Of a stretch of 55,089 nucleotides of DNA, positions 13,330 to 25,396 are shown piece after piece. The notes under the pieces were generated by a model. That model worked only from the letters and a program-made list of their open reading frames with translations. It was not told the origin of the DNA and did no database searches. The stretch spans positions 1 to 55,089 of the forward strand of contig KZ538665.1 of NCBI GenBank assembly GCA_000934665.2. Direction: 5' to 3'. How positions within the stretch are numbered: position 1 is the stretch's first letter; every line of letters starts with the position of its first letter. The position numbers and the translations under genes were made by a program. Origin of the DNA: Catajapyx aquilonaris. Lineage: Eukaryota.

Positions 13330-13865
13330 AGCTGGTGACTTACTTGCTTCTTTCTTATATCGTTCATCTTGCAATAAGAATTCGAGCAAAAGCGACGCAG
13401 TCATGACCGAAAGCTGGAATACATTGTGGATACCCAATGTTATTTTAGTGGTACCTAACTGCAATATTTAAATAAAAAATGCAATGTAGATCCATCAGAT
13501 GCAATGGTTTTATTTAGAAACTTTCATGTGATTTCATACTGTTCAGTAAACGGTTATATACTGTATGCTATAGCTAGTATATCACCGAAATCCGGGATGA
13601 TCCTTTGCCAACTCTACTGAGAGATAATGTCGGAGTGAATATTTCGAAATAATATATTACTGAGGCCATGATCGTGCTGCACTTCTTGAATTCAACTACT
13701 GTATTTCCATTACCACACAGAGAGTATATACTTTGGAAGACATAAAAGACGGGTTCAATTATTTTAATGCAACTTTATTTATATTCGAATTCTCTGGACG
13801 AAAGCAATATGAATGCAACTGTAACCACACGAAAAAAGCTAGCTATCAATAAATCGTTAGGTTAA

Positions 13866-15146
13866 TTAAAATTTGCACTTGGCCTCATTAATGTTGTGCA
13901 AAGGTAACATTGTGTTTGTTTTCATGAGATCTTGAGCTGTCGACAGGGCAGCAGCATTTCTTGGGTCTCGCACATAAACCAAGTAATTGTTTGCTGAAAA
14001 AATGAAGAGGGCAATTATTACTGGCGTAAAAATGCAATCAGAGGAAAGTTCATGGAAGAACCCCTCAAACTGACATATCTGAAACTATCCTTTTTGACCA
14101 ATAACAAGTCTTGTTGAGGGGTGTTCACTTACTAATTAGAACATTCGGGAAGGCAACGCATATCCGGACGTTTAAGTGTGAGCAGGTGTCTATCTGATAA
14201 ACTTGAAACGTCAGGTCCAACCGAGTTGAAGCACCAGAAGGTAAAGTTAGAGTTGCAAATGTCTCTGTCGACACTGTTCCGACACCATGGAAGATGACTT
14301 TCTCTCCTTCGTTTACTTCGGGGAGACACAATTTACTGTAATTGTAACCATCCGGCACAGTAACGATGTCTCCAGCATAGAGCGTCACGTTTCCAAACAG
14401 TCTGAAAAATATTAAATTGACGAATGGACTTGCTCTTACGTTTCATGCTGTTTTACGTCTTACTTGACAAAATACCATCCGTTCAGTGTGAATCCGTCGT
14501 TCCCATCGACTGGTGGTGAGAAGGTTATGTAATAGCAAGTAGTAAAATATGCCATCTCGGATTCCAGCATCCCATACCACGTGCCATAGAGCTGTGGAAC
14601 ATAATATTCTCTCATGTATACAGACTACAGAGAGGAAAGCATTGAAGTTGGCCTTTTAAAAGCGGTTACTGTGGAGCACCTACTTATCGTGGTTACCCTA
14701 AATAAAGCTAATGGAGCCTACAGATGCCAGTAGGTCAATAAGGGTCTAAGCTCTAAGGGTTGAATTTTCGTTCTGCACTGCTAACTTAGCAGTACCACTC
14801 ACTGTCACAGTAGTCACACTGGTACTGCTACCTTAGCAGTGGGATGGAAATTCCACCAAATATCTTAAAAATGTGCTCAACCAAACAATTCCATAAGTTA
14901 ATATTTAGATAGCTGTTCAAAAGCAAGTGTTTCATAATAATTAAGCAGGTTGGTGCCATAAATAACTAACTAACAAGGTTCCAATCATTCGGGAAAGGCT
15001 TCTTTTTAAATGATGAGAATGTGACTTACCCATGATGGATCAAAGTTTGTGTCGTTGCGATAGTCGTAAGTGTTGCAGTCCTGCTGTGGGTGAACACCTC
15101 CCACGATGAAGCAAGCCACCACGACTGCCAAAAGCATCATCTTCAT
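13866..15146 (-). CDS. Secreted ApoD/lipocalin-like protein, copy E
   Basis: Exons 15146-15030, 14591-14464, 14401-14133, 13993-13866; open frame; TNFDPSWLYGTWY, FQVYQIDTCSH, LVYVRDP, NEAKCKF. Confidence 0.75.
14757..14857. mobile_element. MITE (family of 10745-10862) in first coding intron of copy E
   Basis: GGTTGAATTTTCGTT...GGAAATTCCACC ends and internal ACTGCTAACTTAGCAGT units. Confidence 0.55.
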
Positions 15147-15896
15147 CCTGGTATGTGAGGAGAGCAAGCCCTGCGTTTCCGTACACAACATGAATCAGAA
15201 TAAAATTAGCATAAAGTAGAATAATGAAGCATTTGACGGAAGGAGGACAGAAGAAGGGTTAGGCTGACTTAAATGTGACTTACAGAAGCAAAGCTTGTTA
15301 ATATTGTCTGGGAGTCAGTTGATTAGGTCTGATGAGCTGGATTCCAGTCCTTCTGGTGAAGCCGTTGGAACGTTTTGTGGTTGCTCCTGCCCCAGTGGCC
15401 TGCCTTTTTATAAGGATTAATTTCCCTCATCCGTTGACTTGAGAACACATGTTTTTCGAATATGTACTGACAACAAAAGCTACGAGCAAGTGTGTGTTTC
15501 AGGGGCCCCCATAACGACTGAGTTATGGACGTTGCTCATTATGAATGTTTTCCCCAGAAATCATTTTCTGTCAGCCCGTATGGATTTATTCAGCCAATGT
15601 TCGTCATTATTTCTGTCTCATTACATAAATCCATGTCGTGTGTTATATGGTGCATTGAGTTTTCTGGAGGCTGAGCTGATTGGTCTCTGTCGAACAAATA
15701 ATTCGCATGTGACAAAACGTCCAATCTCCAGACATAATGTAATGCAGACATACGGCAGCATGTCACGTAATACGTATTAAGCGTGAGTCTGGTTCCATTC
15801 TTTACACGAGAATTTATAAATGAAGGAGTTCTTCTGACAAGATCCAATGAGTCACAAGATGAATTATTTTTCGCATTCTCTTCTCTTGTATTCACG

Positions 15897-16400
15897 TCAG
15901 GCGGAGGTCGCCAAGAGGTCAGGAGGGACGGTGGTGAAGTCCAGGAGGTCAGCTTCCTTCTTCAGCCATGGGTAGTCCCTGATGGAGTGTGGGAAGGAGG
16001 TCATCCGCAGGGAGAAGGACGGGAGGTACTTGTCCGACTGGTGCGAGAGGAGCACAGTCCAGACATCCTTCTGCAGACGGGACACGGAGTCAGTGGACAG
16101 GACCAGACCGCAGTCCTTCAGGTCCTCCCTGTCCAGTGCATCCATGACCAATCGCGACACCATCCCGGCCTGGTTATGTCTGGTGGAAATGTTTCCAACG
16201 CCCTTGTCCAAGACAGATCCCAATCCAAGTCCAACCCGGACCAAGACCAGCCCAGCCATGGTCTCCAACGTTTCTGGCCACCCAATTCCCCCCATGACCT
16301 TGGCGGCCTCCAAATGTGTTTATCTCTCCATCTCCCCAAGCTGGTCAATGTTGGAAATGGTGTGGCGCAGTTGGAATGTCATACAATCGGAAGGACTGAT
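15897..16400 (-). mobile_element. Probable non-LTR retrotransposon (L1/Tx1-like) ORF2 fragment
   Basis: GC-rich island in AT-rich DNA; minus frame has AAKVMGGIGWP, resembling the post-RT 'pkxxGGLG' motif. No RT core seen. Confidence 0.35.
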
Positions 16401-17030
16401 GTGATCAGAGTGTATGGCTGTAGGCCATTATTATTTAGTACACCCTGGCGTATATTACACTGCCTCGTCTAGTATAGGTAGCGGGACCTTGGAATAAATT
16501 AGATCCGCAATGCTACAGTTGCTATCGATGCTCATATAAGCACACTCTTTAACTAATGCGGCTAATTATAATTTCATAATGTGTTTGACACAGTCAGATT
16601 TGCCCGCGTATACTCGTGAGGAGTCTACTTGTTTATAGGGTGGAGTCACACACATCTCAATTCTGTATATCATATGTTGATGAAAAATATGTAATGCTGC
16701 AAACATAATAATAAAGTCCACAGACGTCCAGTGTCACTGACGCGACCAACGTCGAAGGTTGTCAAAAGGTCACATTGGCATTGCGTCTAACCCTTTTGCC
16801 TTATGTTCCCCAACAGATGTTTCTTACACCAACTCATCATTTATTTTCACTCTATGGATTTGCTTATGCAAAGCACTAAACTCTGCATTATTGAAGCATA
16901 TTCAGCTCATTTTCACTGCAGACAAAGAATGGAATAGGCAGCCGTTCTTCAGTCTCTTCTGAACAACACAGCCACAACGCACGTATATCCTGAAGATTCG
17001 CTAAAGCTCCGTTATCCTTTAAAGAGGAAC

Positions 17031-18143
17031 ATGGACAAGATGATGCTGGCAGTTGTAGTGGTGGCATCCGCTTTCTGCATTCCTCATGTTCAATCAAGGA
17101 ACTGCAGTCTCTGCGCCGATCCATCTTGCTTCACTCAAGACATGGTAAGACACTCTCTGTTCCAAAGATTTTTGTAATTTGTGCAATGGGTGGGACCGAA
17201 CTGACGAATTTCTCATACAAAGCCCATATTCCGAACCCCGTTTAAAAAATACGTCCTCGATCTCCGGATGGGTTCAAATGCCTAAATAAGATCTCTCATA
17301 TTGAAATGCGGCTAATTATTTATCCCGTGCCAGTGGACTATAAAGACAATCCATATTATTATTTACAGATCGGTGGGCGTTGGCTAGGAACAGACGGCTC
17401 AGAGATTACCAGGCTGACATCATGTTACGACGTCACACTCACTCCTTGCGGTGACGACTCTTACAACTTGGTCGGCTGGTATTATGTAATGAAGCCGTGA
17501 GTAGAACAGCACTATAGTATCTAACAAAACTCGTTGGCCGAGTTGTTTTAACTCAAATTAAGAAGGAAAAAAATCACAGCTTGCGAGTTGTCAACCACTG
17601 GATCAAAACTGAAGATTTTCTCTCTCTCTGACATTATCTTCGACTATTCATTTGAGTTCATGCAGCCGGCCATGTTATAATTCCAATGTCTACACACGCA
17701 TGTTTCAGGGCATTCGACAATGTGACCTTCGAGTTGCCGAATATGCACCCTATGCGACCTGCCAGCAACTTGTACTGGACGATCGGGACAGTACATCCTA
17801 ATTCGTTTTTTGGAATCCCCTTTCCCGAGCTCCTCAATAATATTCCGTTCATCTTCGTAGTTCAATTTCTTCAAGGAGATGCATGCAGCTTTCTTAATAT
17901 CCGTCTTCTTGCAGCCTTACCGAATATTTTCGTGAGTGAGTATTATTCCGCCACTAAACGGTCGAGCTTTTTATCATGGAGGTAAACTATGTATCGCATT
18001 TTCCCCCCTCAGCTAACACCTTGTTGGTCTTAGTGCGTGACATAGAAGATCAAGCTGCACGACAGAAAGGCCTTGAGTTTATGAAGACCCATAATGGAGA
18101 TCCATCAATGCACCAAATTTACGACGAATGTTGCGGTTTCTAG
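17031..18143 (+). CDS. Secreted lipocalin-like protein, copy F (Cys-richer subtype)
   Basis: Exons 17031-17144, 17369-17496, 17709-17935, 18013-18143; open frame; DMIGGRWLG, VQFLQGDACSF, LVLVRDI, YDECCGF. Confidence 0.7.
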
Positions 18144-18576
18144 TGATCAGCTGAAAAGAAGAACGGTTAGAAAAATATGCATCATAATTGGGTTCAAACA
18201 AATGTGGTTTCGCGTCAAGTAACTTGCTATAATTAAATTGTTTCAAAAAGTATTATAATTTTGGTCCTTACAAGTGGCGTTTGATCAACCAAAGATGTCG
18301 CCAAGAAGATCACCTTGACCTTGCCTTGCTGTATGTTTCCCAACAGCTGTTTCTTACCCCAACTCATCATTTCTATTCACTATTTGAATCTGCATATGCA
18401 AATCAACCTTCCTGAATGTCGAACTCCGCGCATTGGCGCATTTAGCTCATTTTTCCACTCCAGACAAAGGATTGAATTGCCAGCCAAACATCACTTCAGT
18501 CTCTTCTTACAATAGCAAGTAGACACTTGTGCCAGGCAGATTCTCTTTCGGAAAGCTTCATTATCCTGAGAAGAAC

Positions 18577-19186
18577 ATGGGCAAAATGATGTTGGCAGTG
18601 GTCGTGGTTCTGGTGTCATCCGCTTTCTACATTCCTCATGTTCAATCAGGGGCTTGCACTAGTATCTGCACCAATGCATCTTGTGTCACTCTAGACATGG
18701 TAAGACACCTTCTGTTCAAAAGATTTATTTTTGTATAATAATGTGCATTTCATGGGGGGGATCTGGATTCACCATGAGCTCCTCCTATATTATTTTACAA
18801 GTAATTTAACAGATTTTCAGAACCCTCTGTTGAAAATACTTGCCATGCAATTCCGGAGCTCCGGACAACTGGTGACATTGGTTCAAGTGCAGATTAAATT
18901 AACTGTTGGTTTTACCCCGTGGCCGTGGACTACCACGATGCAATTATAATTCACAGATCCTGGGGCATTGGTACGGCGCATATAGCTCAGAGATTACCGA
19001 GCTCTCATCGTGTTACGACCTCACGCACACTCCATGCGGTACCGGCTGCTTCAACTTCGGCGGCTGGTACTTCGTAAAGTATGTAGAACAGCCATTAACA
19101 TCTTAGGAAACTCACAGGCCTAGGTGTTTTAAACTCAATTTAAGAAGTTAAAAAATATCAGATTGGGGGTCATCAATGCTAGATGA

Positions 19187-19218
<32 letters not shown>

Positions 19219-19740
19219 TTTTTTCCCCTTCATTTGAGTTCATGCAACCGACCGTAAGTGCTCATTAAAAAATGTTTCAGACCGGGATTCGGCAATGTGA
19301 CCTTCAACGTCCCGGATATGTGTCCATCCAAGTGTCCCTCGCTGCTTTCCCCTGACGTCTACTGTAGTATCGGGACAGTGCATCCTGGGACTCTTGTGTA
19401 TCTAATCGCCGTTCCCGCTGGTGTAGATGGACCGTTCATACTTGCTCTCGAATTTCTTCAGGGAGACGGATGCGGATTTTTAAATGTCCTCGCTTATGTA
19501 GTATTGCCGAATTTAGCCTTGAGTGAGTATGAATGAGCCATAGTTATTTTTCAAAAAGTCTAACTTTTCCTCGAAGAGAAACTATATGTTGATTTTTTTT
19601 CTTCTCCAGCTTACACGCACTTCGTCCTTGTGCGCGACATACAGAATAAGACTGCTCAGGCCATAGGCCTGGAGATGATGAAGACCTATAATGGAAACCC
19701 ACAAATGCGCTTAGTTTACGACGAAAGTTGCGGTTTCTAG
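18577..19740 (+). CDS. Secreted lipocalin-like protein, copy G (tandem paralog of F)
   Basis: Exons 18577-18699, 18957-19078, 19281-19522, 19610-19740; open frame; DMILGHWYG, LEFLQGDGCGF, FVLVRDI, YDESCGF. Confidence 0.7.
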
Positions 19741-20924
19741 TGATCCGCGTCCAGGTGGAGACCTGAAATGAAGAACGACAAGGAAAACATAAGCATCAGA
19801 GTAATTTAACATCTGTGGTTTCGCATCATGTATACTGTACTAGAATTAGTCTCTTCAAAAGTATTAACATTTTGGTGCTTCGAAATATATGTGATGTTTG
19901 ATTGGATTTGATCAATTTGGATCATACAAATCATTCGGCTGGAAAAAAAACTCTCCAGTGGGTTTTTTTTTACACTCCCAAAATTCGCCTTCATTAATAT
20001 TGTCTCACTCTTGACAATCAAAAAGACAGAAGAATCACGTTGGTTGCAATCAAGTCCCGAAACATGTAGATTATTAAACGAATAATTCCAGTGTAAAACA
20101 GTCATGACATGTCAGTACATCAACACAATAATAATAGCTTACACTTTGATGTCTGCAGGGATCGGCAGGGATACGGTCAGTGATAAAATCGCCGTCAAGA
20201 AATTTTTACAAGAATGAAATAAAAATTCGATCCACTTCAGAGCATCGAACATATATTTTTATGAGTATCACCCACAGTCCAATAAAATGTTACACCCAGG
20301 TTAAAGCAAAATTGTTTAAACTGTTTACAAAGTTCATTTTCGTATCCATCACTTTTAAAGTGTCACAGGTGGGGGGAAACACATTTTGAATTTTCCATTG
20401 CCGCAAAAAAAAATCCGGGGGAAAAAAATCTGGGCCATTGCAACACTCTTTCCTTGCGTTCCTCAGTATGGGTTCCTTAGAGCACCACATTTTCACTCGC
20501 TCCCATTTTGAATAATTATGCAGATCAATTCTTACAACAGGCCAAGCCTTTAGTGATGCAAATTCAACATTACTGTATCTCCAATGCAGACCAAGGTTGA
20601 ACTCTGGTTGAACTATACGAGCCAGACGTCACCTCAGAGTCTTCTCCTCTCAGAAAAGTAGCAATAATGGGTCAAACCCTTCCAAAAAAAATTTCCTCAG
20701 AGAGATGCATCATTCAAGCAAGATTTTTGTCTCAAAATATTTAAAAAAAATTAACGACAAATAATTCAGGCATTTTCTGCGTCTGTCCGGGTTGGTCATC
20801 CTAGCTAGCAAGCTACCCTCTTAGCATCCCTGCCGCATGGGTAGCTCTGCACAGTCAGGATACGACATAATCACATTGAATCTCTTGTACTGTAGAGTAC
20901 ACCGTACCGTACTGTATACCTTAT

Positions 20925-21213
20925 AATAAAAATAATAATTCATACCCCGTTATCAGCCAGCGGCTCTTTAGGGGGGAATTTTTGTTTTGTCTGGAACTCT
21001 TTGCTTTCATTTTTTACTTATTGCTCTTTGGGAGAGGATAGGAAAGGAAGGGGGCGGCTGTGGCCTGTTTATTAGGAAACAACTCCGGAATTCTCCTGGA
21101 GAAACCGTGGGAAACCACAGAAAACCACGGTTAGAGTTGCCGGCACCGGGATTCGAACCCAGGACCTTCCGATTAGCAGTCGGACGCCTTATCCACTATG
21201 CCAACCTGCTTCG
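20925..21213 (-). mobile_element. tRNA-derived SINE (same family as 11013-11312)
   Basis: Close match along head, body and tail to the copy at 11013-11312. Confidence 0.75.
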
Positions 21214-21439
21214 GGGATGTATACCTTTTGTACGGTACTGGAAATTAATGGTGTCGTACCGGTGGCGCCACGAGAAAATAGAGGCAAGAGAGCGAATCAA
21301 AGTGATACCTTGCTTTTATCCGCTCTTTTACTGCCATCGCATCGCCAACTGACTCCACTAGTACGAGTGTATGACCTGTACGACACCATATAACCAAGCT
21401 CTTGATATATATATAACTAACTTGGATTGAATTTTCGTC

Positions 21440-21610
21440 TACTGCTAGTCACTGCTAACTTAGCGGAACCATTGCTAGTCACTGCTAACTTAGCAGAACC
21501 ACTGCTAGTCACTGCTAACTTAGCGGAACCACTGCTAGTCACTGCTAACTTAGCGGAACCACTGCTAGGCACTGCTAACTTAGCAGAACCACTGCTAGTC
21601 ACTGCTAACG
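21440..21610. repeat. 30-bp minisatellite (ACTGCTAACTTAGCRGAACCACTGCTAGTC), about 5.5 units
   Basis: Direct tandem units with no spacers, immediately after a MITE-type end GGATTGAATTTTCGT. Confidence 0.9.
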
Positions 21611-22524
21611 TTAGTTAGTTAGATAATGGTGTTGTACCTGGTGGCGTAGTCACTTTCCGATGTGTCGTTGGCTGTAAAAGAGCGAATAATTGCGATGTTT
21701 TCATTCGCTCTTTTGCCTCGATTTGATGTTAATGGCACTTCTAAATTAGCAGCAACAAGCAGTGGGACGGAAAACGTCGCCTTAACTAATTAATTAATCC
21801 TTAATCAAACAAATGTACTACAGCACCATACAGTACTCATATCAAATCGCATTGAAGCTACGAGCCAGACCACGTGATCCAAAACTGGAGCCAACGATTG
21901 GCTGATTAATGCGCACTGCACGCGGCCATGTTGTAGCTCGTCACGTGACATCCTTTCAACTCTATAGAACCACATTTTTAATTACAATTTTACATTATTT
22001 AAAAAAACCATCTAATTTTATTCGGCCGTTCAACCGCAATTGGGATCAAACTAATTTTAATTAATTCGAGCGATCCTGCTGCCACCAGGCGATCAGACCC
22101 CGCATTCCTTTCATTGTGATTGGAAAGTAGCAGCTTTCTAGTGAGCAAGCAGCTGTATTCGGCCCGCCTCATGCAAACTTCATTGGGGGGACTAAACGCA
22201 GCTGCTGTCCGTTGCGTGGGAATGAAGCTGCTATGCTTTGTGCAGGAGCAGCTGAGGAAAAAGTGAGTGGAACAGGAGAGGAGAAGGGCAAAACCCACTC
22301 AGGTCTGACCGAAAAGGAAGGGGGGCAGCCTACCTACACAGACAGACGCCCCAAGGAAAAAAGAAGAACAGGACGTAACGGTTGCAGAAGGAGGAAAGAA
22401 CAGGAGGAGGCAAGGAAGGGTGTCGATGAGTGGACACAGCTGATGGGTACGGAACACTTTCTTTTGCAGCCGCAGACATTCGAACACCTTCCTTTTTGGT
22501 TCCTTCCAGGCTAGAGAGGCAGCC

Positions 22525-25396
22525 ATGCCCACTGCGGCTGCTGCGTCCAGTGCTGCTGTCCTGGCGGCAGGCTCCTCTTCCCAAGCCCCTGCCGGAGGGG
22601 TGCTGCGGAAGAGCCACGGGAGCCACCACCACCACAGCAGCAGCGGTCACCACGGGAGCCACCACAGCAGCCACCACCACCACCACGGGTCTAGCGGAGG
22701 AGGCGGAGGGCACAGGAGGGCAGGGGACCAGAGCGAGGTCAGCTGCTGCCTCAAGTACGTCATCTTCGGATTCAACGTCATCTTCTGGGTGAGTATGGGT
22801 ACCACAACTTGCAGGGAAAACAGATGCGGGTACTATCAACCGCAAAAGTAATGCCGCACTGTTAACATGTGAGCGATTTGATCGCCGGCGTTGGGTAACC
22901 CGAGTGCGAGGCGAAAATCGATTGTTACTTTCAACGCAACTCAGTTCGCTTGTCAAATCGCTCACATGTAAACAGGGTGATGGCGACCGCGACTTGTTGT
23001 TCAGCATGGGTTGTGGACAAATAGTTCTGCTATAATACACCTAGAGAGAGCACTCGGGGTGAAATGTGAGGCAGGCAACAATGCAGGCGACAATATGACC
23101 ATAGTAAAGATGGCGGACGCCTGACATTATTGGACTAATTGTCGTCCCAGTTGTCATCGTTGATTGTTGCCCCAGTTGCTAGACAAACTGTTAGAACAAT
23201 AGCAAAGATGGCGGGTTGCCTTCTGAACCAGCCCAAACTGTCCTTTCCTCGGGGGGGCGTAGGATTCGGGTGGTTGGCAGCTGATGGCGGAGACTTTTAT
23301 ATTAAATTCCCGCATATACCACTCGATTTCCCTGGTTCGCAATGGCCTTCATTGGACCCCAATTTGTGATGCATAAGCAATGGTTGAGTGGCCTGCATGT
23401 CTCTGAATAATTTTATAGCGATACAATGTGTAGCCACTCGTGTAATTAGGTGTGCCAATGCATACTATTAGGTTGTCAGGGAAAATGATTGCCCGTAGCC
23501 ACTTCAGACATGCATCGTTATGATTTTCCAACAGGGTTATTTCGAGGGTTTGATACTTAATTACTGTTTCGACAGCTGCTGGGACTGAGCATCCTGGCTG
23601 TTGGAGTCTGGGCATGGACGGAGAAGGACACGTTCAACAACCTGTCCCGGCTGACCAACGTTGCCCTGGACCCCGCCTTTGTCCTGATCGTATGCGGGAG
23701 CGTCACGTTTGTCATTGGGTTCACCGGCTGCGTCGGTGCGCTCAGGGAAAACACATGCTTGCTGGCCGCCTACGCCATCTTCCTGGCGATCCTGCTGCTC
23801 CTGGAGATGACCGCTGGAATCCTAGGGTTCATCTTCAAGGACTGGATTAAGTCGCAGGCCACGTCTGGGTTCCAAGCATTCATAGTGCACTACAGGGACG
23901 ACCCTGACCAGCAGAACCTGATTGACTGGATCCAGGAGGACTGGCTCCAGTGCTGCGGAATAGAGGGGCCCAAGGACTGGGACAACAACGTCTACTTCAA
24001 CTGCTCCTCTGCAGAGGTCGGGTCCAGAGAGGCCTGCGGAGTGCCCTTCTCCTGCTGCAAGCCTAAACCAAATGTTAGTTCGTTCGTTTCATATCCAGCA
24101 TTTGGTTCTACCAGGGCCGTTAGGTTTCAAATGTGTGCGATTGACTCCCAAGACCCCTTTTGTTTTGAAATGTGTCGAGATTAATGAATTTTGATGTGAT
24201 TTTGATCCACTTCATTGCAGGAGGTGTTCAAGAATAAGCAGTGTGGATACGACGTGCGAAAGCCAGACTACGTAAGTTACATCTTCAGCATGCCGGTTAG
24301 GTTCCAGGACAGGTGTACCCATGACAAACGTTTTATGCCACGTTTACAGGTTAGCTATTCAACACAATGAAACAAATTGTTTGGGCCGAAAGTAACGACT
24401 GATTTTAGCCCAAACAATTGGTTTCATTGCGGCGAATCGCTTACATGTAAACGCTCCGTTATTAATTTTTGCTAAACGTCAGCATTGATGGGTTGGACGC
24501 ACTAAATTTCCACACACAAATTAGCCAGTTGGTTGTAATTTAGCTGTGGTGATTGGGCTAACATTTTTTCCTCCCCGACCTTTTCTCTCTTGACTGTTAC
24601 ACTGGTGATGGTAGCCTGGTGACAGAAGCACTGTGATCTACGAGCGTGGCTGCCTGAAAGCTGGCGAGGAGTGGGTGGAAGCCAACCTGGTACCAGTCGC
24701 AGGGGCAGCCGTTGCTGTTGCTGTCCTTCAGGTCGGGAGGATACGCATCTTCTTTATTTGTATTTCTCCGTCATGTGGTGCTTACCCTTCCTCTGTTGCT
24801 TGGTGCTTGGTGGCGTTTAGGGCTTTTCGGGTGCCGGTGGTTTAAAATGTCTATTCTCAAAGTCTAAAACTGAAATGTAAACTTGATAGCACTACGACGT
24901 ATCGAAGATCGTGAACGAGAAAGGTTGCCTACAAGCAGGGGAGGAATGGCTGGAGAGGAACCTGGTCTTGGTTGCCGGAATCGCAGTCGCCATCGCTTTC
25001 CTGCAGGTCAGGGTAACGATTGAGAAAAAAATGGGGGGGAATGATCGCCAGGGTCTTAATCGTACATTACGATAAACGAGCAGAGAGGAAGGTGACGAAT
25101 TCGTTTATGTTCATACCTTGATCAGTTTCAGGCCGCCTTTACATATGTGCGATTTATCCCAATCGATGCTCATTGCTGATAAAATAGCTCATGTGTAAAC
25201 GCGGCCTCGAAGTGTAATTTTCTATCTGAAATTCTCAGTTCGTAAACTAATAGCGAACAATGTACATCTTCAGCTCGTTCAAAACAAAGTGCAGATGTCG
25301 CTAACTTTGCGAAACTTCCTCTTGCAGATATTGGGCATATGCTTTGCGCAGAATCTCCGAGCGGACATCTTTGCGCAAATGGCGAAATGGCACTGA
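22525..25396 (+). CDS. TspanC8 tetraspanin (TSPAN5/17, Drosophila Tsp26A-like)
   Basis: Exons 22525-22788, 23576-24073, 24221-24271, [24615-24731 or 24890-25006], 25328-25396. Motifs SEVSCCLKYVIFGFNVIFW, CVGALRENTCLL, LQCCG, YFNCS, GVPFSCC, QCGYD, GC, QNLRADIFAQMAKWH. Confidence 0.92.
22859..22975. mobile_element. Intronic MITE (TTACATGTGAGCGATTT family)
   Basis: TIRs CTGTTAACATGTGAGCGATTTGA / TCAAATCGCTCACATGTAAACAG; relatives at about 24340-24455, 25130-25207 and 49781-49942. Confidence 0.65.

Noticed and set aside
15783..16472. 229-aa plus-strand ORF
   Set aside because: No recognisable motif; overlaps a GC-rich probable retroelement fragment on the other strand.
22330..23040. 236-aa minus-strand ORF
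   Set aside because: Antisense shadow of the low-complexity tetraspanin exon 1.
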